Source of the DNA: Lama guanicoe
Lineage: Eukaryota
Reading direction: 5' to 3'
Assembly (NCBI GenBank): GCA_013239625.1
Contig: MU056434.1
Coordinates: 806,001-870,000 of the forward strand
Length of the DNA stretch: 64,000 nt
Each line of letters starts with the position of its first letter. Position 1 is the first letter of the stretch. Shown piece by piece: positions 1-11,116 of this stretch. Position numbers and translations under genes: made by a program. The notes beneath the pieces were generated by a model. It was not told the origin of the DNA. It saw only the letters and a program-made list of their open reading frames with translations, and did not search any database.

Positions 1-700
1 AGCTGGTCTCTGGAAGCTTAGATAGGGAAATCTCAGATGCGCGTTTAAAACCTTCCACCTTGGGAGGTCGATCCAAGAACTTGCCATCAACTTCACTTGC
101 AGACGCGGGTGAATTCCTGTCTTGTCAAGGCCCCCCAATATCCCAGGGTTCCTGGGCTGCAGGAGGTGACCTTCCTTGCTCACTGGAAGGCTGAGGACCT
201 TGGATGCCGGGCACCAGGCCGGATTTTCCCAGAGGGCTTTGTAAGCCTTTGCTTCAGAAAGTGACCACAGTTCCTCTATGAGTCATTTTCATTCATGACA
301 TTCCTTGGTAATACAACCAGGGTTTTCAATCATGTCCTGTCACGAGGAGGGCAGTCTTGTTAAACTATGCAGATCACTATTTATGTGCAATATAGCAATA
401 CACAATGTAGTTTCTGATTTTTGGAGGATCAGACAGGGAGAAAAAGATAAATGCTTCAATTTTGTTTACAGAAATATAACTTACTAGATTTTTATGAGTC
501 ATAGCTCGCTTAAGAGAGAAGAGGATGGGTTTTTTTTTTAATATCAAGAAAAGGGAACGTTAAAGAGCCAACGGTATTCTAAACAAAAGTCACGAAAAAT
601 TCCAGTCGTCCTTTTTCAGTGCACTCAGTCTTGTCCGTTTCTGTTCTGCCTTATCTTTGGTTCGCAGCTCATGAGCCCATTGGTCTCTGCACTGGGACCC
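1..700 (-). mobile_element. Degenerate ERV1-class (MER4-group-like) internal sequence fragment
   Basis: Stretch gaattcctgtcttgtcaaggccccccaatatcccagggttcctgggc...ccaggccggattttcccagagggctttgt resembles recalled MER4-group internal consensus; no intact ORF; boundaries and strand approximate. Confidence 0.5.
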
Positions 701-1156
701 TTGGTCAGGCCGGTGGGGCGGTGCCATCGGGGTCCCTGGTCAGCCCTTCCCGTGTGGTGCATCTCAAATCAGGCCCTTGTTGTGGCTGAGGACGTGCTCT
801 GGCCTGCATTGCGTTGCAGATGCTTTGGAGAAGCATCAGAGTGAAACAGAATTACCTGCAGATGACGAAAGACTCCAAGTGGCTGTGGTTAACGAGCTGG
901 GGAGAGTATGCTATAAAAACACCCTTGACAGGGCCATGTGGCTGTTCCTGCAGCACACACACCACGTTCAGTGTGGAGCTGTGAGTGATAGCGTTGTACC
1001 CGGACACGTGGGAAGCAAGAGCACTGACAAACTTCTGAAATACGTCTGTGAATAGCATTTACCCGCACACGTTCACCTAGGGAAGGCTACGCACCTCTTC
1101 TCATTCGACAGTGCTTCTCGTGCAACTTAACATAACGAATAAACCTAATTATTTTT

Positions 1157-1291
1157 TCATTTAAAAAAAATTTTTGCTAGAGGAGTAGGTAATTAGGCTT
1201 ATTTATTTTTTAATGGAGGTACAGGGGATTGAACCCAGGACCTTGTGCATGCTAGGCATGCACTCTACCACTGACTTATACTCTCCCCACC
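1157..1291 (-). mobile_element. Camelid-type tRNA-derived SINE (Vic-1-like) with 17-bp target-site duplication
   Basis: Typical body ggaggtacaggggattgaacccaggaccttgtgcatgctaggcatgcactctaccactga plus ggtaattagg/T-rich tail; flanked by direct repeat taaacctaattattttt at 1140-1156 and 1292-1308. Confidence 0.85.
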
Positions 1292-1309
1292 TAAACCTAA
1301 TTATTTTTA

Positions 1310-3300
1310 ACATCCCTCCTCTTACAGTGTGAGAGAACAAATCAGTGAGCTTTTCCGAGGACCCTCTGAGAAATCCCCAAACCATTTTGAGATCAAGACT
1401 TCATTAAGGATTGATTTGGGGAAGATTGTTGTCAAAAACATTGGAAGGTGTGAACGCTTGATTAAATACGATCCCAGCTCACTGCAGAGCAATACATAGT
1501 TATCCGCTTTCCCGAGCAACAACCCAGAAGCTCAAACGTAGATGTAGGAGGGGACATGCCCGAAAAACCCTGGGCTCTTGACAGCCAGCACACTCGGGCC
1601 TCCTGAGTGACGTCAAGTGGCACGGGGGTTATATTAAAGCCAGAAGTTTTGTTTCCTAGAAAGATGCTCCAGAAGGTAAAGAGAATCCTTTTACAATCTC
1701 CTACTAAAAGCAAACCAATAACCCAAGAAATCATACTGTTTTAACAGAGAGGGAACCAGACCCCACTTTGGTATCAGCACACTGCTGGCGTTAAAGCTCA
1801 CTGAAGAAAAAGCTTTCCCTTCCACCTGGCTCATCTTAGCTCTGACCTCACAGCACAAAATTCCTCATTTCACTGTAGAACAAAAGACAAAACACGTCCT
1901 GTCTTCCCCGCTACGTTGTGTACAAAGGCAGCTCACTCTGCTCTGGGTGTATCTGGTGGTGGTTTTATTCTCACACATGGTTTGTGATGTTTACCTGTTA
2001 GCGACCGTTACTTGACCAGGAAAACTAGGAAGTTGACCACTGCGAATTGCAGTGGTTCTGTAGCAGTGTTCTGTAGCAGATTAGCAAATTATACCAGGGT
2101 TCTGTAGCAGATTAGCAAATGTTATGAATATAGCCTCTCATGATCTGTAAGGTAGATGCTCCTGGTACTGCGTGTTTGGCTGCAGCAAGAATGTATTTAT
2201 TAACGCACCCAAATGTCTTTTAGTCTCTTTGTATCATGTATGGATGAGGAGCCAAAAGTATACAAACTTCAACTGATGACCAACCAGTAATGAATGTTTC
2301 AGCACTTTAACTTAATGAGAAATTATTTAGAGGGAACTATATTCAATATCTTGCTGTAGCCTATAATGGAAAATAATCTGAAAAAGAATATATATACATA
2401 TATATGTATAATTCAATTAGGTTGCTGTACACCTGAAACAGCATGTTAAATTGACTATATCTCAATTTAAAAATAGTTTAAAACATTAAAAAAAATTTAT
2501 TAAGATATTTAATGAATATGTATTATTTAACTTAATTTGGCTTAACTCTAGAGTTGCAAGTTACCGAAAAGACTTTGGAAACTGTTTTTAGGTAGACATA
2601 CTATAAAACACAATTATTGTTGAAATAAAGCTTCTCAGAATAGTAACCAAATTTGATTAAAAGCAAATTTATCATTTGTATAATCTCAAACATCTAACAG
2701 ATATAGTATTGGGTTGTTTAGTAAACCAAATAGAATAAAAATATATGTTTGCATATTTACCATTGATAGCTCTAGGGTTGTTTTATGAAATCAACAATAT
2801 TAAACTAGTCTCATTAACCAAAGATTTACCAAATTACATGAACTTGAAAAACAGTTGAGTTGGTTCTTAGGGAACTCAGGGACCCCTGAGAGCTACTACC
2901 TGGAACTGGAAACATTGGGTCCACGCCTCTCTAAGCTCATATACCAGGGCAAAAAAGATCTCAAAGGTCTCCCCACAGGCGCTGGTGGAAAACTTTAAAC
3001 CCTCACGTGGATCGAGGGCCTGCTCCTTGTGCCACAATACAACTTGGATAAAAATATAAAATAGAGCAAAGACAAGACCCAACTCCCACAGAAACTGAGT
3101 TTTATATGATTGTGCCTATGGCTTGGTTCTTATATTTCTGGGAGTTTTAGGAAGATTTACTTTGTGTAAGTGCCTGTTTCTTTGTAAGCCAATTAGGGTA
3201 GAATTCCTTTAAGGGATTTTATAGCTTAGTTTGGTAACACCATCCTGAGGCATGGAAGGTGTGAACACCGGGTGTGTAAGACTCACTAGTTTATATGAGA
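1310..3300. mobile_element. AT-rich mosaic of decayed ERV internal fragments (interrupted by an L1 3' end)
   Basis: AT-rich block contrasting with GC-rich downstream DNA; ERV1-internal-like phrases; no coding capacity; family not resolved. Confidence 0.4.
2330..2496 (+). mobile_element. 5'-truncated L1 3' end (artiodactyl type) with A-rich tail
   Basis: agggaactatattcaatatcttg...ctataatggaaaataatctgaaaaagaatatata...gctgtacacctgaaac followed by A-rich tail. Confidence 0.8.
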
Positions 3301-4484
3301 GTTGGACCTTGTCTTCTCAGTCTCAGGTGGTTGCTTTTGGGGGTCCCTTGAGTCCCTTGAGAGCCCCCCATGGGGCGGGAGCCCAAGGTTTCGGTGGCTG
3401 TGGGGTTGAGGGTGGAAGGGAGGGAAAGGCCTGGCAGGGTGGACAGAGCGGAGGAGGCAGGGGCTGGAGGGAGGAGGGATGTGGTAGGAATGAGAAGCCT
3501 GTGGGGAGCACGCTGGGGTAGGGGGGCTGGAGTCGCCAAAGGAGCTCCTACAATCCCCCCTCATCCTTGGCAAGGATGTCATCCAACCGGAAGGAAGTGG
3601 GCAGTGGGCCCTGCGCTGGCACATCGTCCGCAGGGGCACTGGATGCTCCCGGGGGGTTCCTTCTAGGCCAGGAGATGCCTTCCTGAGAAACCTGGCCTCT
3701 ACCCCTGCTTTGGGGACAGCACCCATCCCGCTGTCTTCCTGGATGTCTGGCATCACAGCAAACGGGAGGTGGGGCCGAGGTCTCTGGCCCCCCACCTGCC
3801 ACTCAGCTCGGCAAAAGTGCCGTCTCTCCTCACCCTGGCCTCCTGATGCGTGTGGCCAAGAGAGCCCAGTGTCCGCTGCTCTGCAGACGGAGGCCACGGC
3901 CACCTGGGCCCCACGGCAGATTCAAATCTTTGCAAAGCAGCCAAAGGCATTCCTAGTGCTGAATGGATGTTTTCAGAATGAAGACCTGATGGCTCCGGGT
4001 GTCAGAGGCCGGTCTGCCTGTCCCCCACCCACCTAGGCCTGGTGGGCCAAGGTCATTACCCAGCTGCCAAGGGTCTCCATTGCCCTCTTTGGGGGCTCTA
4101 TCTCAAGGAGGATAAGTGGTGATCAGAGTTGAGTGCAGGAAGAACACTTAAGAATGGGCCGATAGCAAGGAAGGTTGTGGGGGCGGGTGTTGCTGTTATA
4201 GTTTTGGGAAAGAGGGCCTGTCCCTTGCCAGGTTGCCCAGGTCTGTGTGCCATCTCTGAGGACACACGCTAGGGGCACTGGAAGGAAGCCCTTCCCCTCC
4301 TCCCAGAAGGGCGTGGGTGGGCGTCTGCCCCGGAGCGGGACTCCAGTGCCTGGGCCCCCGCGGAGGTGGTAGCTGTGCTGGTTTTTCTGGCCCCTGCTCC
4401 CCTGCGGAGAGTGGTGTGACTTTTTCTGGTTTGGGAACAGGGAGGACCAGGAGCAGGGGTGCTTGTTTTCTTGGTGTCCCACTG

Positions 4485-5285
4485 TTTTTACTGTAGAAAA
4501 ATATGCGTAAGTTAAAGTTTACCATTTTAGCAATTTCTAAGCGTACAGTGGGGCGGCATTAAGTGCGTCCACACAGTGTAACAGACACCACTGTTTTCAG
4601 AACTTTTTCACGACCCAAAACAAACTCTGCCCACATTCAGCAGTAGCTCCCTCCCCTCCCCAGCCCCAGCAGCCCCTGCTCGACTTCGGCCCTTTGAATC
4701 TGCCTTTTCTAGGTGTTTCGTATGAGTGGATTCACACAATATTTATCATCCCTTTGTGTCTGGCTTATTTCACTTAGCATAGTCCTAAGTGTGCGTCCTT
4801 GTGGGTAGCCCGGCTCAGGGCTTCCCTCACTCTGATGACTAAGCACCACCCGCTGTGTGGACGGACCACGCTTGGCGCTTTGGTGCTGCTGTGACCCGTG
4901 CTGTGAGCACGGTGGACAAGGATCAGGTCAACTCCCTGCTCTCGGCCCTTTTGGGGACACACCCCGAAGTGGGATTGTTGGGTCACACGGTGACTCTATA
5001 TTTAACTTTCTGAGGAACCGCCAACTATTTTCCACAGCAGCTGCACCGTCTCATGCCCCTGTCGCGGGCACGAGTTTCTGGTTCCTCCACGTCTGCACCA
5101 GCACTTGTGTCCCCTTTTTGGAGGCCGGGGTGGGGAAGTCATCTTCACAGGTGTGAAGTGGCACCGTGTGGTTCTGATTCGCGTTTCCCTAGTGACTAGT
5201 GATGTTGAGAAGATGCTCGCTCACTGGCGTGTCTCCTCTGGAGAGATGTCTGCTCAAGTCCTGTGCCCATTTCCCAACTGGGTCG
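4485..5285 (-). mobile_element. Old L1 (L1MB-like) 3' region
   Basis: tttaccattttagcaatttctaag..., tgtgtctggcttatttcacttagcat..., tttaactttctgaggaaccgccaa..., gtgaagtggcacc...gtggttctgattcgcgtttccctagtgactagtgatgttgag are L1M 3' signatures. Confidence 0.8.
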
Positions 5286-5366
5286 TTGCGGGCAGCGAGG
5301 GGAGGGAGGCCCGGTGAGCCTGGCCTTGGGGAGGGGCCCATGTTCCAGGGCTTTGGTCACTTGCAG

Positions 5367-5447
5367 GTTGTGGTTCCTGCTGCTGATGGTCTAAAGGCAA
5401 GAGAACACAGAGTTTCTGTCTGCTTTGCTGCTGGGCCCAGAGAAGGG
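5367..5447 (+). other. COMT: Candidate COMT non-coding 5'UTR exon
   Basis: ttgcag acceptor at 5361-5366 and possible gtgtgg donor after 5447; tctgctttgctgctgggcccagag resembles recalled human COMT exon 2; ~1.1 kb upstream of the first coding exon; boundaries uncertain. Confidence 0.25.
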
Positions 5448-6579
5448 GTGTGGACGGCAGGGCCGCCTGGGAGGCCAGGTCTGGTCCAGGCCGTGCTGGA
5501 GCTGGAGGGATTGGTGTGGCCGAGGCTCCCACCTCCACTGTGTGGACTCTAACCTGCTGGTTATGTGCTCACTGTGTAACCAGGCCGTGTGGCCCAAGAC
5601 CTCCCGAAAGCCTGGGTGTCCACGGGCAGGGTCTCAGCACCCCTGTTCATCCTCTGCTCTGCCCACCAAGCCCCTCATGGTCCTGGTCATTGGGATCTGG
5701 AGCCCAGAGCTGTCTTCCAGGGGTCTCCCCTCCGAGAGCCCTGCCCTGCCTGCTGTCCCGGGTGAGCCTTTCTGCTCAGGAGCTTCTCGGAGAGCAGGGG
5801 CCTGTGTGGCCACTGGGATTCTGAGGCTGCTTCCTGTGCGTGGCCCGTGAGTGACCACAGGCCCCAGTGGAAGCATCACATCTGCCTCTTCCTTTCATCC
5901 TTTTCCATGTTAAGGTCTCTGCTCTGGGCCGGCTCAGCTCTGCAATGTCACAGGGTCCCCAGGCCCATCCGTCTGCCTGGGGCCTGGGCTACCTTCCCGG
6001 AGGGCCCCTTGCCGAGGGGGAGGGCACATCTGGCTCACACTGTGGTACAGGCGGACAGGTGGCCTTCCTGCTCAAGGGACAGATGCGCCCTGTGTGGTCA
6101 TCCCTTAAGGGAGTGGCCAGCGGGGTGTGCCCTGTGTCCCTCAGATGGGGGCCACCTGTGTCCTATCTGGAAACACTCACAGAACCGCAGGTGCTCTGGG
6201 ATTGCCCTGAGTGTCAGGAGCCTCAACTCACCTTGGGCTTCCTGGGAAAACACGGTGGGCCAGGGGTGGGGGGCTGTGACCTGCAGCCCCTGGGCAGGAC
6301 CGCCAGACACACAGCTGCTCCCCACCCAGGGCGCAGCCCCAGCAGGAAGCTGTTTGCGGGTGAGTGGGGCTGTGCACACCTGGAGCTAACAACCTGGCAG
6401 GTGGCTGGCCCCTTGAACCTTGGGCCCCCGTCAGCACAGGGGTCCGTGGCAGCACCACCCCCGACTGAGGGGTGCATGGGTGGGTCAGCCAGGACGGCAG
6501 GGGGCACTAACCACGGGAGCCCTTGGGTCCACCTGGCCTCCTGCAGGCCTCACCCTGCCATTGCCCGCCCCCTCACCAG

Positions 6580-6862
6580 ATGCTGGAGGGCCCGCCCCTG
6601 CTGCTGGTCGCTGTCTCCCTGGGCCTGGTGTTGCTGCTGCTGGTGCTGCCGGTCCTGCGCCGCTGCGGCATCGTCTTCCTTGGCTGGAACGAGCTATTCC
6701 TGCACCCCATCTGCAACCTCCTGATGGGCGACAGTAAGGAGCAGCGCATCCTGCATTACGTACAGCAACATGCGGTGGCCGGCGACCCGCAGAGCGTGGT
6801 CCGCGCCATCGACACCTACTGCTTGACCAAGGAGTGGGCCATGAACGTGGGCGACAAGAAAG
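6580..6862 (+). CDS. COMT: COMT coding exon 1 (MB ATG 6580, S ATG 6724)
   Basis: caccag|ATG...AAGAAAG|gtgggt; MLEGPPLLL...AMNVGDKK. Confidence 0.96.
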
Positions 6863-9800
6863 GTGGGTGCTGTGGCTGTTCACCTGTCTCCCGGGTGTGC
6901 AGGGGCGAGGGGACCAGCCTCTCACTCCTGACACCATGTTGCCATCCCCGTGGGGGCAGACATGTGATAGACCCTCAGGAGGTGCTGTGCAGGGGGCCCC
7001 TCGCCAACACCGGTTGGAGGCCCTGCATCTGCACACCCTCCGGCAGGACCAGATCCGCGGGGTGGGCAGTGGGTTCCTGGGTGTCCTGGCTGGGCGGGAG
7101 GGCGTACCGAGTCTCTTGGACTCTGCCCGGCCCAGGCACCAGGCTCCCCCACCTCCAGGGCTGCCTCCTGATCTCTGGACTCCAGCATGGGGCACCGGCA
7201 TGTGCTGAGCTGCATTTCCTAGGGTCAGGCTGAGGACAGACGTGACAGCCATTGTCCGGCCTCCTTGGCCTTTCCAACCGTGTCCAGCTCAAGGGAGTCA
7301 AGGATGCTCTTGAGTGCAGCTTGTGGGCAGAGTGGGGTGGGGGCTTCCGCAGAGGACAGCTCTGGGTTAGGACGGGTTGGGGTCAGCCAGGAATAGTGGA
7401 AAAGAGACCAGCGCAGAGGCCTGAGTGGCCACGGGAGCTCAGAGGCATGGGCCGTGGGGCTGGGCATCGGGAGCAGGCTGCTGCTCAGTCAGGAAGGAGC
7501 TGGGCCAGGACTGGGAGTGGGTCAGGCCCCTCCGCCTGCTCACACCTCCTCCACCGCCGCAGGCCAGATCGTGGACGCCGTGGTGCAGGAGCTGCGCCCC
7601 TCCGTGCTGCTGGAGCTGGGGGCCTATGTGGGCTACTCGGCCGTGCGTATGGCCCGCCTGCTGCTGCCCGGCGCCCGGCTGCTCACCATCGAGCTTAACC
7701 CCGACTACGCCGCCATCACCCAGCAGATGCTGGACTTCGCAGGCCTACAGGACAGGGTGTGGCATGACACCACCCCCGGGGTGGCACTGAGGCTCCCAGG
7801 GCCAGGCGGGTTGGGGGCTTCATCACACCCCAGCGGCTCGATGCCACATTTTCCCTGCTGGTCATTCCGTGGAGGCTGGGGCCGGGGACCTGTGTCTCCC
7901 AAACCCTGAAGAAAACTGTGTGGGGCCAGGTGGGGGTCTGTTTGCCCTGTGGCCGGACACTGACGAGGGCTGTTCCAGGTGACATTGGTCGTCGGGGCAT
8001 CCCAAGATATCATCCCCCAGCTGAAGAAGAAATATGACGTGGACACGCTGGACATGGTCTTCCTTGACCACTGGAAGGACCGGTACCTCCCAGACATGCT
8101 CCTTCTAGAGGTGAGCTGGACACCTGCCTGGCAGGGTGGGCTCCCATGTCAGTGGGCTCAGCCTTTGGAGCGCCAGGGGCCCTGCTGAGCCATAGCTGGA
8201 GGCAGGGCAGGACCCCGCACTAAGTGGTCCTGGTGTGGGCACGGAGGTGCAGGCTGGGTGTGAAAGGGCCCGGGATGTTCTGGGAACAGGCAGGTTGGGG
8301 CAGTGGGCCAGGGTGTGTGGAGGTCTGGACCACACAGGCAGGAGCACAGAGGGCTTCAGGCAGGTATGGACAAGTTAGATCTGTCTTCTTTCCAGAAGGA
8401 GCCTGTCGGCTGCGTGGAGGGAGGTGGCTGTGGGCAGGCGGATTGGGGGTCCAGCACCAGGAGCTGCACAAGGACCTGTGTCAGCAAGATGCGGCAGCGG
8501 GGGGAAGGCTGGGGGCGCCTGAGGAGCACACCGGGGCGGGGGAGGAAGTGGGGTATTGAGGGCAGACACCAGGCAGCCGACCAGGCTGGACCTGCGTCAT
8601 GGGCGTGGAGGCTTCGGCAGCTTCGGTGTGTGTGATGATCATGGGGCCAGCGCTGATAGAAAAGGAGCAAATACTGGCATAACCAGGAAACTGATTGTTT
8701 TCTCAGTGCCGCTTGTTCAAAGCTGGTCATTAGCTCAACAGAAGGGAAGTTCTGAACCGGGGACATGTGTTCTGTAGCCCTGCAGCTGGGCTTTGGGTCG
8801 GGGCTGAGGGGCTGGGCAGGCAGGTGGCCATTCAGATGGGAGGCTGCTTGGTCCCCCGTCACCCGGACCTCTCCACAGGCTGCTGGGGTGTCCTCACAGC
8901 ATGGCAGCTGGAGCCCCGCAGAGCCAGAGGGGCGAGGGAGGCACACATTCCCAAGTCAAGCCCACAGCCTGGGTGACAGGAGGGAGGCTTGGGGACAGTG
9001 GACACCCCTCTGGTCCTCCGAATGCCCTTCCTCCTGCCACTGGCTTGCTGGGACCCTGAGCTTCTGGCCAGACCACTCCAGGGATCTGTCCCCGTCAGGA
9101 GGCGGGGTGTGGGGAAGGGAGTGCTGCCTCCTTGTCTCCTTTCCTCAGGGCAGTGGCCTGGCTTCCTCCTCCTCTGCTTCCTTCGTCCACAGGTAACCGG
9201 TAGGGTTAGTGCCTGATGTCTTTCAGCGCCCCTGCCCCACCCGAGCCCGTCAGCTGGATCCCCAGCTCACCTCGTGCACCTCTTGCCCCAGATGCTTTCC
9301 TGGGGCTGCGTCAGGGCAGGGGGTGCCTCCTGGGCTGCCCTCTGTTCTAGGCCTTTCACTCCACCATTCCTAGCAGCACTTTGTTCAGATCCTGGCTCCT
9401 GGGGTGTCCCTAAGCCTCACTGACCTCACAGATGTTTCCCACTCTGGCCTGAGGGCCCTGGGCCTCCCCTTGGCTTCCGGGCTGGAGGTGCAGACGCCAC
9501 TAGGAAGACTCTACGAGGGGGTGCAGAGTGGCTCCCGCTTTCCTAAGTCACCAGGAGGGGCCCACACATCCGCGTGGTCCTGCGGCAACTTAGGACACAC
9601 CTGGGGCCCCTTGCTTCATTTGGTGTCCGTGTTTGGAGTTGCTTAGCTTTTTCCAGTTGTACACAATCGATTGCATAAAAAGTCTGAGTCCAACACAGCA
9701 ACCAGGTGGCCCTTCGCCCCTGCCCCAGGCAAACGTTTCCTCTCAAGGCTTTTCTCTTTCTTATGTAAGCCAAACGGCTCCTCCCCCGGCTTAGAGACCG

Positions 9801-10598
9801 GGAGCCCACTCCCTGGGGCTGTGTCCAGCTGCTCCTCCTTCAGCAGAGCCCAAGCCCAGGGGCGCCGGCTGGCTGCCCAAGGCCCAGGCGCTCTTGCAGA
9901 TGGGCTGCCTCAAATGCTGGGCTGGGGGTTGTCCAGGATGGACCCAAGGCGCAGGCTTATGGGTGGGGAGGTCTGTCCCACCTCCGCCCTCAGCCCTGCA
10001 GGGTCACCCTGGTCGGGCCAGGTCAACCCTCCAATGACCGCCACCAGCAGCCCAGGCACCGGGCACCGGGCACCTCCCTGACCTTGAGAAGCCCCGAGTT
10101 CCTGGCACCAGGTGACCAAGGCACTCATTGGCCTTAATTGCCACTGTGGCCCTGGTCCTGGCCCCGGCTCCTCTACTCACACTTCCCGCTAGCACTTTAA
10201 GTAAGCACCTACCGTGTGCCCCCCACTGTTGTCGGGCTGAGGACGCAGGAGGAATGGAGGAGATCCCCTTCCTGCAGTGGCCTCGGGGAGGAAGTGGGAT
10301 GGACCTAGGCCTTCCCTCCTGGCTTGCGGGGGATTTGACAGACACCCTGACGGTCACCGCTCTGACTGTTGGTCTGTCCCTGCAGGAGTGTGGCCTGTTG
10401 CGGAAGGGGACTGTGTTGCTGGCTGACAATGTCATCTGCCCAGGAACACCGGAATTCCTGGCATATGTGCGCGGGAACAGCCGCTTCGAGTGCACACACT
10501 TCAGCTCGTACCTGGAGTACTCGCAGGTGGTGGACGGCCTGGAGAAGGTGGTCTACAAGGGCCCAGGCAGCCCTTCGAGGCCTGCTCCGGCCCCCTAG
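6580..10598 (+). CDS. COMT: Catechol O-methyltransferase, membrane-bound form; join(6580..6862,7563..7756,7979..8110,10386..10598), 273 aa; soluble form starts at ATG 6724 (225 aa)
   Basis: N-terminal hydrophobic anchor [17 protein letters not shown]; motifs KEWAMNVGD, LELGAYxGYS, [21 protein letters not shown]; all introns GT-AG; 822 nt in frame. Confidence 0.98.
7563..7756 (+). CDS. COMT: COMT coding exon 2
   Basis: cgcag|GCCAGATC...GACAGG|gtgtgg; 194 nt; QIVDAVV...DFAGLQDR. Confidence 0.97.
7979..8110 (+). CDS. COMT: COMT coding exon 3
   Basis: ttccag|GTGACA...CTAGAG|gtgagc; 132 nt; [19 protein letters not shown]...LLLE. Confidence 0.97.
10386..10598 (+). CDS. COMT: COMT last coding exon
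   Basis: ctgcag|GAGTGT...CCCTAG; [20 protein letters not shown]...[13 protein letters not shown]. Confidence 0.97.
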   Translation, partial: ECGLLRKGTVLLADNVICPGTPEFLAYVRGNSRFECTHFSSYLEYSQVVDGLEKVVYKGPGSPSRPAPAP

Positions 10599-10760
10599 TC
10601 GAGCCTGGTTCTAAAGGGTGCGGTGGGCCCGCGCCTGCCAACCTGCTCCTGCAGCTTGGGGCCCTCAGTGCAGCACCCTTGAGGCCTCTGCACAGCAGCC
10701 GCAGGCCGTCCCTTGCTGGTCCGCCCCTAGGGCAACCAGCTCACCATGCAAAGTCACTGC

Positions 10761-10766
10761 AATAAA
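10761..10766 (+). promoter_or_regulatory. COMT: COMT proximal polyadenylation signal AATAAA
   Basis: AATAAA ~160 nt after the stop, with GT-containing sequence downstream. Confidence 0.7.
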
Positions 10767-11110
10767 TCTGCAAAGTATCTGCTTGCAAAGACCAGACCAC
10801 GGCAAGTGGTGTCCCTCACAGTGTCACCCACCAGCATTCTGACAGGGCTTCTTACACGGGCAGGTCCTCCGCCATCAAAATGGCCAGCAGACACAGGAAG
10901 CGGGGGACCCACACAGCCTGTCCTTGAGGTCTGCTGTCACTAGGTGGCAGCAACACCTCAGTGATGCACTCTAACCAGCAACTCTCACCATGCTTCTGAC
11001 CCCTGAGTTCTTTCACCTCCTTTGTAAGAATGAAACGCAACTTCTTTACTAAAATCTACTGCTAACAATCTTATACACCAGCATCATGTTGAGAAGATAA
11101 TGAAACACAA

Positions 11111-11116
11111 ATTAAA
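11111..11116 (+). promoter_or_regulatory. COMT: Possible COMT distal polyadenylation signal ATTAAA
   Basis: ATTAAA within an AT-rich patch followed by T-rich sequence. Confidence 0.4.

Noticed and set aside
2876-3110. Possible retroviral pol-end motif (WVHAS) on +
   Set aside because: Short match with no sustained ORF; at most a decayed ERV scrap.
7750-7840. Possible equivalent of human MIR4761 at the COMT exon/intron boundary
   Set aside because: Sequence diverges after the donor and I see no convincing hairpin.
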